Shown one piece after another: positions 1 through 14,296 of a DNA stretch of 64,000 nt. The notes under the pieces are model-generated. The model had not been told where the DNA came from, searched no databases, and saw only the letters and a list, made by a program, of their open reading frames with translations. Made by a program: the position numbers and the translations under genes. Origin of the DNA: Octopus vulgaris (taxonomy: Eukaryota); assembly GCA_951406725.2 (NCBI GenBank), contig OX597816.1, positions 42,780,001 to 42,844,000 of the forward strand. Direction: 5' to 3'. Within the stretch, counting starts at the first letter, position 1. Every line of letters starts with the position of its first letter.

Positions 1-1415
1 CCGGGCCCGAACACAAACATAAACGACGATACACAGACGGGGGACAGATATGTTAAACTTGCAAATAGCAAACAAGCACATCGATTAACAAAGAGATTAA
101 ATCAACAATATGCTTCCCAAATAGGGGGTAGATCCACCGTATTGTGACCAATGAGACCTAATGCATGTTGGGTCCCTTAACACGACCTGTTCCTCGACAA
201 TGTACCGTCACTTCTTTCCAATCGCCCTACAGACGCACACTTACAGTTGTCCAATTCATGCAGGCCATTCTTGCTAAATTCGCTCACCTTTCAACGAACT
301 TACTAGGTGACAGTACCTCCCTCTCCAGCCTCACTTTCCTTTTCAGATAGAACACGAGAATATTAATGCGGCCATGTCCAAAGGGGAAGGTACTCGTCTA
401 CAAACCTTTCAATCGCGTCCACCACACAGTCTGTTTTTCCATAGCCACCAATCAGAGAAACATAGCCTTCCCCTCCCTGCCAAAGGAAGAAGGCGGGGAA
501 ATCTTCACAATGGACGCGGATGATAGTCGGATTCGTGCTACACGTCACAATATTTGTTCGACAAAGCTCCACAAATACTGATGTATTTGTAGGAGAGCAT
601 GCGGAACGGTTTAATCTCTCCACCTTACTGACTGTACACCCGTGCCTGTAGAGCTCATCTTGAACCGGTAGGTCCCCACCCCACGAGAGCACTGTGAGTC
701 CAGGGATTACTGGAAGTTATCCACAGTTCCTGGCCCAAAAGTTCCCCGAAAAAGACCAGTCTGTTGATCTCCCTTGATTCTCAGGACTTCTCCGGGTAGG
801 TCGTCTCTCTTGCTCTCCTCTATAAAACTTCATTCTGAAACTTCCACCAACTCCATTGCCCGAATGACCGAGGACTGTGAGCGCTTAGAGACACTCTAGG
901 TGCCAAGTACCCTGACTCGATCTACGCCTGATCCAGGACTGTACTTCAGGCAAGGGGACGAGCTGAGGAAAAGAGTGTTCAACAAAACGGTGACCACACC
1001 TACTCACAGTTACGGTACCACTGGTGATGTCGCAGCCTGAGTGTATGTATGTGCATCCACATCCACGGCATTTCCAGTCCTCCACTCAACGGGTGCTAAC
1101 AACATAATAGACCGTCTGACAAGCGAGGAAGCAGATGAGTAAACGCACCATCCCGTTCTGCCACAAAGCGGGGTCAAGGGACGACAGTCAGTCGGTAACA
1201 TATGACGGAAGCGATGTACACATTCGCCACCTCTGCCCGACCGTTCAAGGACAACTTCCTCTGGGCCCATTCTGGTTGAGACTGGCATCCCTGTCTATCA
1301 CCTCGCCCCAGCTCTTGTCCACTTGGAAATCAGAACCTAACCAGACCCAGAACCCCACAACGCTGTCGGTTGGCAAGGGGCCTGCCCCTCCAGGTGCCGG
1401 GCTGGAGGCGCACTG
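1..1415 (-). mobile_element. Degenerate, 5'-truncated L1/Tx1-like non-LTR retrotransposon (C-terminal part of ORF2 plus 3' UTR)
   Basis: GC-richer island. Minus-strand frames, broken by stops and frameshifts, give L1/Tx1 ORF2 motifs in the expected order: 'GFWVWLGSDFQVDKSWGEV' (~1290-1360), 'GGLEMPW' (~1065-1085), zf-RVT-like 'GDLPVQDELYRHG...VFVELC' (~560-680) and terminal 'YLKRKVRLEREVLSPSKFVER*' (~285-350). Boundaries are approximate. Confidence 0.65.
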
Positions 1416-2125
1416 ACTTCTGTTCCTTACAGTTATACCTAGCCACACACAATTATAACTCTCCAAATTTAAGTGTGTGTGTGTGTGTATGTGTGCGTGC
1501 GGGAACATAAGTACGTATGTATGAAAGTATATGCATAAAAGCGTGAATCTGGTTCACTGCCTTCATTTGATTTTTTCATTGGTGGCTATAGCACTTGACG
1601 CATTTACTACGTTCTTACAGTTATTTATTGCAGACGATATACGAAATCGTACATATATGAACGATTTTCATATACTAACATAATTATTTTGGACTTGTGC
1701 TTCTGTAATAAAATGATCAATATTAATGTTGTTAGTAAACACTGCCAGAAGATGATAAAATAATTCAGAAATACATAATTTGCCTTGCATAACTAACGGT
1801 TGGTGCCATATATATATGTATATATATATATAAATTATTGACTAGTACACTTAATTACTATTTATTTTCAATATCAAAATCCTATTTTGTTCCTTACAAT
1901 ACGTTAAACATCAACTGCATTTGTTTACAAATCATTTTTTTAAAATAAAGATTAGTTATGGGAACAATATAGAATGATTTAATTTCGTCTGCATATACGT
2001 ATACATATGATATATAGGAACGTGTGTGTACACACATTAATACACGTATATATGTGTTTCTGTAGATATGCATATGTGTATATGCCTACAGTTATCAATA
2101 TATGCTTATATAGATTAATATATAC

Positions 2126-2166
<41 letters not shown>

Positions 2167-2251
2167 GAGAGACAGACAGACAGACAGAGACAGAGAAACT
2201 GAAGGAGATAGAGACACATATATTTACATAGCGTATATAAATGCGCTTATA

Positions 2252-2320
<69 letters not shown>

Positions 2321-2361
2321 ATATGTATATATATATATATGTGTGTATGTATATATATATG

Positions 2362-2482
<121 letters not shown>

Positions 2483-4168
2483 ATGTAAGTATGTATGTGT
2501 GCGTGTAGAGAGAGACAGACTGAGAAATTCAGAGTGAGGCATACATACACATGAATCCATATATACTTACGTATTTAGAGCGAATGTGAAACAGAGATAA
2601 AGGAAATGAGAGACAGAAGCTTATAAGCACATATGTGGAAGGGGTATACGCTATTTCATAATGTTTTTTTTCCTTCCTTTAATAGGAAGATACATTGATT
2701 TGGTCGACTAAGCAGAACGGTAGATGTAATTGTTGAGGCATATAGTAAAATATATAGTGGATTAGCTTGGCTCTTACAATGTTCCGTTTTCGGATTCTTT
2801 ATAAGATTAGTATTAGAAATCAAGTTTTCAAAGAACTACTCATGTTTGCTAGGTTTTTCGGTCTTAAATGTATATGTTAGTGTATCTATGTTTGTGTTTA
2901 TTATATGAATGTATGCTTATGTGTAATATGTGTTCGTGTGGATGTTTTGTGTTCCCGTGTGTATATACGCGTATTTATGTCATTTGTATATCTATATATG
3001 TATAACCAACAATGATTTTGTATTTTGTATTTCATATATTTTTTTATTAATTGTGTATTTGTTTGTATGGACATTACATGTATGTTTCATTGTTTGTGCT
3101 TATGTCGGTATCTCTGACAGTACATGTCCGTTGTTTTTATTGTTGTTTCTGGATTTGTTACTAACAATAATGCTATTGTATCTACTGCCAACCTCTATTT
3201 CCGTCATCATTCGTTGTTGTTTATGTTCCCGTGTTGGCATTGTTGTTGTTATTGATATTACTGATAAACTTGGTAGTGCTGCATTTATGGTGTTTCTAGA
3301 AAATTTCCTGCCTTGATATTTATATTTTCTTCCTTTTCTGGGGGGTGGGCATTTCATATTGCCTCTCTTCTTGTAACAACAAGAAGAACATGTGTATATG
3401 TATACGATATATAACGACACTACATATAAACGTATACATAAGTGGAAAGACACATACACATATGCACAAACATATATATAATTCTTTCTGTTAGACGGTG
3501 AAGCTTGAAGTAGATTAAACTATAAATAATAGCGTGTAGATATTGGCTAAAAATCCTATGGATGAAAAAAATTTCGTAGCTTATATATATAAATCTGTGT
3601 ATCTTTGTATGTGTGTGTATATGTGTGTGCGCGTGCGTTTGCGTGTGTGTTTATGTGTGTAAATACACAGGCATACGGACATATATAAATACGTATAACA
3701 GTGACCATGCGTTTGGGAATTCAGAAGACAATCCGCGTGATTCGAGCTGCTGTATCAATATTCCTCGAAATTTGTGTACGTAAAATGTTGAAAAGTTATT
3801 TGCGCAGTAGCCCATCAGAAATATAATAACCAGCTTGAATTGTAAAAAGCATAAGTAGATCAGCTTAATGAAGACTCAGCATATATTCTAGTTGTGAATA
3901 AAATTTTGTTTTGTCGTAAGCGAATTTTTAGCTATTAAGGAAACATTTGAAGGAAGAAAACGGATGATGTAAGGTTTGAGAAAATCCATGAGAGTATGGA
4001 GTGTATGCTAGGTGGAGGTGCTTATCTCCCCTTTGTAAACATAGGGACACAGATAATGTGTCAAGGCCAAAGGCAACGGTACTTCCTGTGGTTAAATAGA
4101 AGTAGCATTCTTCCTCTTTATGGGACTGTCATATTAAGTTGACAACATGCCATCACTTTATATATATA

Positions 4169-4588
4169 CTAGCAGTATCGCCCGGCGTTGCTCGGGTTTG
4201 TAAGGGAAATAACTATATAAGCATTTTTATAGAGTTATAGCCAAAAAATAGCAAAAAAATGCATTAAAAATGGAAAACAAATGATGGTAAATTTTTTTTT
4301 AAATCGTTGACACATTATAGACATTTTTAGAGAGTTACTTCCCTTATATAATAGCGAAGAAAATGAATGCATTAAAATGGAAAAACGCATTAAAATGGAA
4401 AATAAATGATGGTAATTTTTTTTAAATCGTAGACTTATCGTAGACGCGCGCTAATACCCAGAAGGGCTCGATATGAATCACGACTATAAGATACCCGATT
4501 TTGGTTAAACTGCACCGCAAAATGTGGGAGTAGTTAGGAATCTAAATCGTAGGAGACAGACACACAACTTCTCTTTTATATATAAAGA
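4169..4588 (-). mobile_element. Non-autonomous Helitron (copy 1)
   Basis: Minus strand reads 5'-TCTTTATATATAAAAG...CCCGAGCAACGCCGGG(hairpin)CGATACTG-CTAG-3'. Inserted between A and T with no TSD. A near-identical copy lies at 37606-37999. Confidence 0.8.
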
Positions 4589-5557
4589 TATGTGTGTGTG
4601 TGTATTATCATATATATATATATGTGTGTGTGTGTATATATATACATATATATACACACATATATATAGATATGTAGTAGAAATATTTAGTCAGTACTCG
4701 GTGTGATGTTTCTGCGAGTATGTTATTTCAATAGTTGATAAAGAGATGAAGAGTATAATCAAGACCTATATATTTCCCACGTAAAAATATATTTTTTATT
4801 TACTACATTTACTACATATACAGAATCAAAATGTAGAATCTAGTTGAAGGAAGTAATCTATGCAAGAGAGTTCGGAGAGAGAAAATGCAGAAATCATTTT
4901 TCAGTCATGTGGCGAAGAGAAACGGAAGGACATATCAATGACGTGAATGGCTCTAAATCTAATCGACTATGAAGAGAAGAGCAAGGATGACAAGCTACTT
5001 TTAATTAATGGAACGCTAGATATTCTAGAAACTTCCTAGAGAAGCGCTAAGATTTTTGAATAATTTAGAATCACGTCTCACGACACAAAAACTTGGAGAA
5101 AGGAGGTTACACTATAATCTTTACTGCAAGTGAGATCATTCAACTATTTCGATAATTATACCACAACACCACCAAGCAGGTAAATGTGACGTTATACAAT
5201 AATGAAAATAACAAAGTTGTATACGTCATAAGACGTTAAACCAAGAAAACATTATCACAGATCTAATAAATGTTTCTTAAATTCTTGGGCCAATGCACAT
5301 ATCTACCACTTTTGTTACTCAGAGTTTGTGAAATAATTCTGCCTAAAGGACGCGTTTACGACGCTGTGTGTGTGTTGTCTGTAGTGGGGTGGGGAACAGC
5401 TTTGTATTCTAGAAACTTACAAGAAAAACGCTAAGCTTCTTGAATAATTAAGAATCACACAGACGCTTGGAGAAACTTAGAAAAGGGAGGTTACTCTACA
5501 GTATTTCTTGCAATGGAGATCATTCAGCTATTTTGCTACGTATACCACATCAGATGC

Positions 5558-5612
<55 letters not shown>

Positions 5613-5723
5613 TATATATATATATGCATATATATATATATATATACATATATGATATGCATGCATATATATATGGATATATATATATATAGATATATAT
5701 ATATATATATTGATGTATATACA

Positions 5724-5783
<60 letters not shown>

Positions 5784-5899
5784 TGGGGAGAGAGGGAAAG
5801 AGAGATTTTTACATTTGAATTACAATTATTATATATTACAATTATTGTATAATGCATGGGAATAGAACATGAGTAGTGGTATATTAAAATGAATTCTAA

Positions 5900-6420
5900 T
5901 ATTTAGATAAGAATTATACAGAAAATGTAATTGAATATTTGCAAACTATTTGGATAAATAATAGACATATTTCCACTTCTTTCAATTCTATATCAATTCT
6001 GTTACTACTCCTTGCAAGAAACCTTATATTGAAATGCAGTCGGCTCAATGAAACTAATTACAGTCATATTGACTATTGACAGATTACCTATCCTACAATG
6101 GAGAGAATGTATGCTATTTCACGTTAAATCTATCTGGATTAGGAGTCAGAAAAGTATTGAAACCTGGGCAGAAGTCAATGACCTAATACACCAGATCCTC
6201 ATCTATTTCTGGAGGATTATGTAGACATATTTACATTTTATTATTACGAAATTTTAATCTACCGAATACTAACAGATTTTGGTAAGGATTCCATAACCTC
6301 TAAAACAAGTCAAGTTTTTCTTTCCCGTTGAAGACTGGAAAATCAACGATTATCTTCATATTATATTCAACGTTAAATTATCTAAATATGCAAACCAAAT
6401 GAAAAACTAAAATTAACCAC
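5900..6420 (+). pseudogene. Possible highly decayed Penelope-like RT fragment
   Basis: Only scattered short motifs in different frames (YNGE ~6095; FWR..YVD ~6207-6228). No continuous ORF. Confidence 0.2.
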
Positions 6421-6725
6421 AGATTTTCAATCTCAATAACATAGGAGAGAATCTAGACAAAACTATCTTTATAGATCTCTATTTTATTTTCCAATTAATA
6501 GGTAGAAAAGAGAATTCATTCACACAACCGTAGGAGATACAGGAATATAATAGATTGCAATAATAATTCTCATGATACACACATTAAATCTAATGGGAAA
6601 TCAATTATGTAATATACATATGTGGTAAAATGTTGGTTTAGTCAACGAAATAACTGCAACTTATCCAAATATATCAAAAGAGGGATTGTGAAATCGTTTA
6701 TTGCTGATGCTGAATTTATAGGCTA

Positions 6726-6755
6726 CTAGCAGATGTACCTGGCGTCGCCCAGTAT
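6726..6755 (-). mobile_element. Isolated Helitron 3' terminus
   Basis: actagcagatgtacctggcgtcgcccag resembles the CTAG plus GC-hairpin terminus at 4169. The 5' end was not found. Confidence 0.4.
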
Positions 6756-7193
6756 AACTCTCAATGGAGTAGTCGTTCAAATGAACCGAAATACTTCCGT
6801 CAAACACGACTATAGAAGTAACAATTTATGTGCTGACCCTAAACACATGGATTGCATTATACACATAGATTTGACTGCATTTAAACACTGTGAAAATCCT
6901 TGGTCTTCATGAAATATCCTGTCCAGCGTAGCTGTCTTCACCAGAGTAACTTCAATGCTGGTAGTCATTAGTTACGAAGATATCGACATTAGTTACGAAG
7001 TCACTCTAAATGCTCAGGATATTCAGGTTGTCTGTATGATGCCTAGGCAATGCTGTTGCAATAGCTCAAGGAGTCATAATTGGTACTGATAGATGACCCA
7101 CAACTCTGAGCCCTGCAAGAAGATGGTAAGAAACGCGGGTCTGTATACACTCATAGTGTCCTCTTTAGATGGTTATGTATATGACAGTGTGAG

Positions 7194-7224
<31 letters not shown>

Positions 7225-7770
7225 GAAGATATGTACTTATAAGCAAAATAAGCAACAGGATATCCAGAGGTGATGTACTACGACCGTTTCAAGCGGCTCA
7301 ATTTAATTGAACATTGCAATCATTACTTCAATTTAAATGTTGGACTATCCTAAGCTGCATAAATAGATAAATAGAATTAATTTAATCAGACACATATGTA
7401 ATTTTTTACTATATCCTCTAAGAAGATAAGAAGACAAAGTCCATACTGTTTTCACTTCAGCTTAGAAGTTTCTAAGACATCAGGAAAAATAAATTGTTAG
7501 GGTCCTAGCTTGTCACTGATTTTGGGGTTTTAATTTATAGTCTTGTTTATCAAATTTTTCTATATCAAAATCTAAGACTAGAGAGTAGTGTCTGTTAGGA
7601 AAGGGCCTGAGGGAGTTAACAGAATCATAGTTGGTATTGTCATAAAACTTGTCAAGCTTATTTTGAAGTAGTATAAAGTAATACAGTTCTATATTTAAGA
7701 GATAAGGAATTATGTATATTATTACATTATTTACAATTGACGGATATTAGTCCTCATCATGTGTGTTGTT

Positions 7771-7816
7771 AGCACAACGCTTCGGCTGATATAACCTCCA
7801 GCCTTCATCATGTGTC
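7771..7816 (-). ncRNA. Degenerate type I hammerhead ribozyme in a short repeat cassette (~7683-7850)
   Basis: Minus strand: gacac-ATGATGA-a-ggctg/cagcc (stem II)-GAAG-cg-TT-gtgct. Two core substitutions relative to CUGAUGA/GAAA. Confidence 0.5.
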
Positions 7817-8572
7817 TTGGGGAAATTTCGAACCTGGTTCTCATTACTAATTAAGGGGTACTTTATTAGGAGGGCAACTTAGGAAGGAGAACCCATTAAA
7901 AACCATGATGAAGTATATATATTTTATTATCACCAATAGAAAAGAGAAGATTATATAGAATCTGTTTAATAATTCAATCATTTTACTAAATTATTTATTT
8001 ATTAGATAATATCTAGAAAGACTGATCACTAGTATGTTCTAAAGTAATATTGGAGCGATAGAACATGCTAACTATATATTATAAACTAAGTTTTAAAAGT
8101 TCCCAGTTTTAATACATACATGATAATATAGTTTTCTAGGGGTACTTAATTAGGAAGGCTAATTACATAAAACCCATTATAAAAATAATAATATGATCAG
8201 GAGGATGAAACACTATAGAAATGGTTAAATAGTTTAATTACTAATACGATGAGGTTTGACTAACTAAGCATTAATTACTAATACGATGAGGTTTGACCAA
8301 CTAAGCAAGAATATTCATACAATAGTATACTAACACCCTGTAGCACACAAACATACTATACTATATAGCTTATATTATATGCAATGTACTTTAATTTCTC
8401 GTGTGTGTGTGTAAAACTAGAGGGCAAGAATATTTTTTTCCTGATGCCTTAGAAACTTTGAAGCCGAAGTGAAAACAGTATGGACTTTGTCTATCTTCTT
8501 ACCCTCTTAGAGAATTTAAGTACAATTATACAAATGTGTCTGACTGATTAAATCAACTCTATTCATATATTT

Positions 8573-8660
8573 ATGCAACTGAGGATAGCCCTGCATTTAA
8601 ATAGATGCAATGATTGCATTATTCAATTAAATGGAGCCACTTGAAACAGTCGTACTGCAT
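8573..8660 (+). ncRNA. Type I hammerhead ribozyme candidate with long stem II insert
   Basis: atgcaa-CTGAGGA-(~55 nt)-GAAA-cagtcg-TA-ctgcat. The core is intact and stem I atgca/tgcat pairs. The inverted sister copy at 7273-7360 has CTTAGGA and GAAAcggtcgTA. Confidence 0.55.
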
Positions 8661-9954
8661 CACCTCTGGATATCCTGTTACTTAGTTTGATTTTATTCAC
8701 CTTATTTTGAAATTGTACGGATAATACTGGACTAATTTTTGGTGCTTCATCTTAAGTACCTAATTCATCTGATTCTCAATTTTTTTGCTTATGTACTTAT
8801 ATATACACATACACACATATATACACATATATATATACATACATATGTGCATATATACATGTTTCTATCTATCTATGTTTGTGTGCGCACGTATTTATAT
8901 GTATATATATATATATATATGCACACAGAAACCCTAATAAAAAAGAATCAAATCACTCTTTTAGTTATACTTTGAATGTCAGATGACAGATCTTTCTATG
9001 TAAAATGGAAAATACAATGCTTTGCAAAACATTACATCATCAATAACTAGCTATGTCAGGTTTGGTAGCTCTCTCACTAACCTCCAACATCAATCAGAAT
9101 TAATCTAATCAGAACGACAGAATTTCACTCTTTTAACACACTTTAAAACGATTATCTGTCCAGATGAGTTATATTTCACCAAAATCACATGCGTTCATAT
9201 TTAGTAGCCCTGGGCATTTGAAGTAGTGAAAGAGAACTACACCTATAGAACAAATTCACCAAAATACATTTGATTCATTAATCTAGTCGGTTGGGTAAAA
9301 ATGTAGTAAACACATTCATCGCTATATAGAAGCAGGAGTATTTATATTATGTATCTTTTAATACTGTAGAATCATTTAATTTTCTCATCCGTTATTGAAA
9401 TTATAATTCACTGTATCAAATTATTCCGGTTATTACTTATCATTGGTACTGTATCTACCAAAGACATTTTCTTTCAGCATTTATAATATTCACTTCACAT
9501 TCCGAATGAATATTGTAAGCTACAGTAAAATCCACTTTAATTCAATAAATATGTATTTTAATGCGCTTCTGAAGTCATACTTAAATAATATTTAGCTTAT
9601 TTGGATTTATGTTTTTTGAGCATACTCATTTTTTTAATAAGCGTTGTATATTTTGAAATAAGCTGATTATTTTATGCTTATTTATTTCCATGTGCATGCT
9701 GGTTGTTGCAAAGTCAGTATGTTACTGTATGTGTAGTAATATGTTTGTATAAGTATATATTAGAATTCTGATTTATTTAAAGATGTTAAGACATGCGACA
9801 CACTACACACAAGTGAAAGCACATACAAAAAAACCCACGGTTGTATGCACATGGACAGAATTAGGAGATTTTCCTCCCATTGTGGTTACGAATATGACAA
9901 AGAAGTGTAACTGTCGCTCGTTCAGCACGTCCTTCAGCTACTCCTCACTATACT

Positions 9955-10252
9955 GTGAAGACACATGGCCTACTAGTTAGAGCAGCGAAGTCGCGGTCGA
10001 GGGATCACGGGTTCGAATCTCAGACCGGGCGATGTGTATGTTTATGAGCAAAACACTTAAGTCTCCAATGGCAGAAGGTAATGGCGAAATTCTGCTGACT
10101 CTTTCGCCACAACTTTCTCTCATTCTTTCCCACTGCATCTTGTAGCTCACCTGCGACGGACCGGCGTTCCGTCCAGGTGGGGAGCCTATACGCCAAAGAA
10201 ACCGGAAAACCGGCTCTTATGAGCCAGGAATGGCTCGAGGAGGAACAAACAA
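9955..10252 (+). mobile_element. tRNA-derived SINE with V-domain-like core (copy 1)
   Basis: A/B-box-like head (tggcctactagttagagc...ggttcgaatctc), then gcgacggaccggcgttccgtccagg core and aacaaacaa tail. Homologous to 50904-51206. Confidence 0.8.
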
Positions 10253-10961
10253 GATACAATACTGGTACAATACTGGTACAATACTGTACCAATACTGGTA
10301 CAAGAAAGTTCCTTCTCAGACTGGCTGACACACACTACTCTCTACGAGCAGGGAATCATAGTTTCCGAACAGCATGATATGTGAAGGTAATGAGAGTCGG
10401 GGAGGAATTCTAAAAAGTACTCTTTTTAGTATCTTGTGATCGAGGTTTATAGGTATGCATTTTCCAGTAGTTACTGGTGCGGTGTTTGTGTATTAAGCTG
10501 TACAAAAAGACACAAGCTAAATTGTTCTAATTGGAACAGCATGAAGCAGGAAGAAAGCAACTTAATGCAGGGTGCATCAATGAAATCTAGCATAAAGTGT
10601 AAGCACATTTATTTCCGAATCCTTGACAGGAAGATTTCTCTTTCGGTAGGACATTTTATTTTGGCTTATAAAATGCATGCTTATATATACACACACGCGT
10701 GCGCACATACAACCGCACACATGTAAACATCAACAACACACACACACATAAGGGACGTACAAAAAAAAACACATGCAAACGCATACATGTACAAAACACT
10801 GACAGGCTCACATGTGTACAACTCGCGAGGTACTTTGAGATAGCTGGTTGTGTATTATGCAATGAGTAAACGTTATCTGAAACAAGAAAATAAGAAATAT
10901 AGAATGCAATAAACAACTGTTTGTGTATACGCGTGTGTGTATACACACATACACATATATT

Positions 10962-11031
<70 letters not shown>

Positions 11032-11123
11032 CATATATGCGTGTGCGCGGGCGAGTTGGTATTTAGTCAACAGATGTGTTACAGAGATTCTTAGTACAGA
11101 AGTAGCTTATTTGTGTTCTGATG

Positions 11124-11259
11124 GTTCAAACTTAGACTCAGATGTCTTTACAGCGGATCAATTCCACAGGGTAAAATTGCCTCCATAACCCCTCAGCATG
11201 ACCCCTCTTATAGCCGTGTAATTGATCCTCTGTAAAGACATCAGAGTGTAAGTTTGAAC
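11124..11259. mobile_element. MITE-like inverted repeat (~40 bp arms)
   Basis: gttcaaacttagactcagatgtctttacagcggatcaatt / aattgatcctctgtaaagacatcagagtgtaagtttgaac. Confidence 0.55.
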
Positions 11260-11318
11260 TATTTCAGCACTATACATGTCCGTATATTTATGGAAGTTTA
11301 TATGCATGTGTATGCATG

Positions 11319-11349
<31 letters not shown>

Positions 11350-11721
11350 AATATATAAATATAAGCATATATAGAGTAGTCCTTTACTGTTTTTACTTGC
11401 ATTGCTTTTACTGTCTTGTTCTGTTCTTACTGTCCTGTTCTTGTTACCCTTTTTACCCCACCCCCCAAAATTCCCAAATTTTATTTAATTTGCTTTGCGG
11501 GAAGGATTGTTTCAATGAAGTCATGTCTTGTCCTTACCTTCGAAACGCGGAGTAGACGAAACAGGGACAACTGAAGTCGAGGAATATTCCTTGTGTTGTA
11601 TATCTCTCGTACTCTGCTTTTTCGTTGTTTGAAAAAATAAGTTCGTTTCCATGTTTTTGTTTTTATGTTTTCGTTTCTCATTGTGTTCAACATTTTTTTG
11701 ATGTCCTGTACCCATATATGC

Positions 11722-11769
<48 letters not shown>

Positions 11770-12089
11770 GCATATATGCATGTATTTGTATATTATTTAT
11801 ATCATTATATGATCGAACGCCACCCATCTTTTTCCAAGTAAGTAATATATATATGTGTGTCTGTGTGTGTATGTAATATAATGCCTGCTTATATATACAC
11901 ATTTATGTATCTATGTTTATATATATATATATACTATCGTAAATATGAGGGTAATAAATTAAAATAAGTTATTACTAGTGGTTAACATGCATAAATAAAA
12001 GTCACAAGACATAACATATTTTTAAAAATATCGAATTGTATAAAATATTTAGAACGAACAAAAAATGAATTAGGTAATTCATATACTCA

Positions 12090-12166
<77 letters not shown>

Positions 12167-12700
12167 CGTGAGAGGGAGAGAGAAAGAGAATAAGTTTCTG
12201 TAATTGTATAGTACCACATACTACATTTATGTAAGTTATCTAGTTTTCTGCAAAGGAAACAAGAAAATTCCTGTTTGAAGATATTGCGCAATATCTTCAG
12301 TGTTGAAGTAACATCACACACCACATTTTCAACGCTAAGTGCATGTGTTAGGTCACTGTCTGGCCACTGTCAGATTCAATTGTTTTCGCTTGTATTCTAC
12401 TAGTAACTGATAAGCGATGTTCATACATATCTTTATATAATATTTACAAAATTATCTTTCCATCTGTTCTGGCAGAAACACTAAATAGACTTTTATTTCT
12501 TTTTCTGCTATTTGCCTTCGTACATTTAATTTATGTGTATATATCGATAATGATTGCAGTAGTCATATTGCAAATTCAATTCAATTGCCTATACACCCAT
12601 GAAGTCAAACACTTATATAGATGTCGTTAGGTTCCTGCTGATAATGATATTTCTTAATTTTGCCTATATATTTGTGATTTAAGTCATTCGGCGCATAGTC

Positions 12701-12916
12701 TTTACTCTCTTTTATTCTTTTACTTGTTTCAGTCATTTTGACTGCGGTCATGCTGGAGCACCGCCTTTAGACGAGAAATTCTACCCCAAGACTTATTCTT
12801 TGTAAACCTAGTACTTATTCTATCGCACCCTTTTGCCGAATCGCTAAGTTACGGGAACGTCAACACACCAGCATCTGTTGTCAAGCGATGTTGGGGGGAC
12901 AAACAAAGACACACAA

Positions 12917-12972
<56 letters not shown>

Positions 12973-13138
12973 GTTCGACGGGCTTCTTTCAGTATCTCTC
13001 TACAAAATCCACTCACAAGGCTTTAGTCGGCCTGAGGCTATAGTAGAAACTTGCCCAAAGTACCCCGTAGTGGGACTGAACCCGGAAGCATGTGGTTGGT
13101 AAGCAAGCTACTTACTACACAGCCACTCCTGCGCCTAT
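12701..13138 (-). mobile_element. Abundant tRNA-head SINE with CORE-like segment and internal (TA)/(CA) microsatellite
   Basis: Minus strand: aggcgcaggagtggctgtgtagtaagtagc...gggttcagtcccac...ttgggcaag...; tail tgactgaaacaagtaaaaga. Homologous copies at 15706, 18812, 62641, 17866 and 38512. Confidence 0.85.
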
Positions 13139-13537
13139 GTAGAAGAATTTTACTGACCATATGAAAAAAAAAGAGAAGGTCTGTACTCTTAATTATGTCT
13201 CCCCATTGTAAACTCCAACCGCTCGATTTGGATAATCGTTCCCTAAAAATATCAGCAACTACAAGTATTGGCTTGAAGTATTGATTTAGTAGTAACATAA
13301 TAATCACATATTAAATTGTATGAACAACTGTTTCATGATTTCTTATGTCTAGGATTATGAGTGAGGATTCCTTTTTTTCAGCTCATTTTAAGATAGTCAG
13401 CACACAAATAATGCGATACAAAAATAACACAAAAATACAAAAAACTTGAACTTCGACATTTGCAGAGACAACAAAGTAGAAAACGTATCGATATATGCTT
13501 AGAATAATATAAAATGTGTATATGCATTCTTTTTATG

Positions 13538-13589
<52 letters not shown>

Positions 13590-14080
13590 AGTGTATATAT
13601 GTGTGTGTGTGTGTGGCATGGTTTGTCGGTTCCACGGTTTGTAATGTTCGATTTTGCTATATTTTTATTTAATTTCATTTAACTTATGAAGTAAGGTAAA
13701 CTAATGCTCATTATACGATTTTTATAATTACTTTCGGGATATAATTATTTTCCTTCATCAAATTAAAAGGGTTTCCAAGCTTAGCACAGGAGCAGTGGTT
13801 TTTGAGAAGAGGATTAAAGGGAAATTTGAACTTAGGGTGTAGAGATGGACGAAATTCAGGTAAGGATTTTCTTTGGCGTGCTAACCATTATGCCAGTACA
13901 CTGTATTTCGTTAGTCTATAATAACAATGTTTATTATGTTAAGAAAGTTGGTTCCTTTACATAAGAAAAGTAACGAACTGATCAACAACAGAATGGAATT
14001 GGTTCAACAGATAATAGAAAAAAAATTCTATACACGAGGCAAAAGAACAAGAAATAGAACCGAGCAAAAAATAAATCACA

Positions 14081-14296
14081 GGATTTTTACTGTTTCACCG
14101 GCAGATTTAGAAAATAATTTTTTCTAACTAAACACTTTCAAACTTTGTATACTGGTAGAATGTGTCATATAAAATATCTGTTAGAATGTGTCATATGAAA
14201 TATTTTATATGGCACATCCTACGAGTATATGAAGTTTGAAAGTGTTTAGTTACAAAAAATTATTTCCTAAATCTGCCGGTCAAACAGTAAAGATCC
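14081..14296. mobile_element. Fold-back MITE (almost entirely palindromic)
   Basis: ggatttttactgtttcaccggcagatttag...aaacactttcaaactt pairs with aagtttgaaagtgttt...ctaaatctgccggtcaaacagtaaagatcc. Confidence 0.75.

Larger units (their letters stand above)
7250..8685. repeat. Diverged inverted repeat pair (arms ~7250-7508 and ~8417-8685), each arm carrying a hammerhead-like motif
   Basis: aacaggatatccagaggtgatg...caaagtccatactgttttcacttc is the reverse complement of gaagtgaaaacagtatggactttg...catcacctctggatatcctgtt. The pair is flanked by TA tracts. Confidence 0.8.

Noticed and set aside
4672-5198. TG...CA bounded segment as a solo LTR
   Set aside because: No clear TSD or second LTR, and TG/CA ends are common by chance here.
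9955-10030. tRNA gene (also 50904, 59222, 60930)
   Set aside because: The A/B boxes run into SINE bodies, there is no complete cloverleaf, and the sequence is multi-copy with TSDs.
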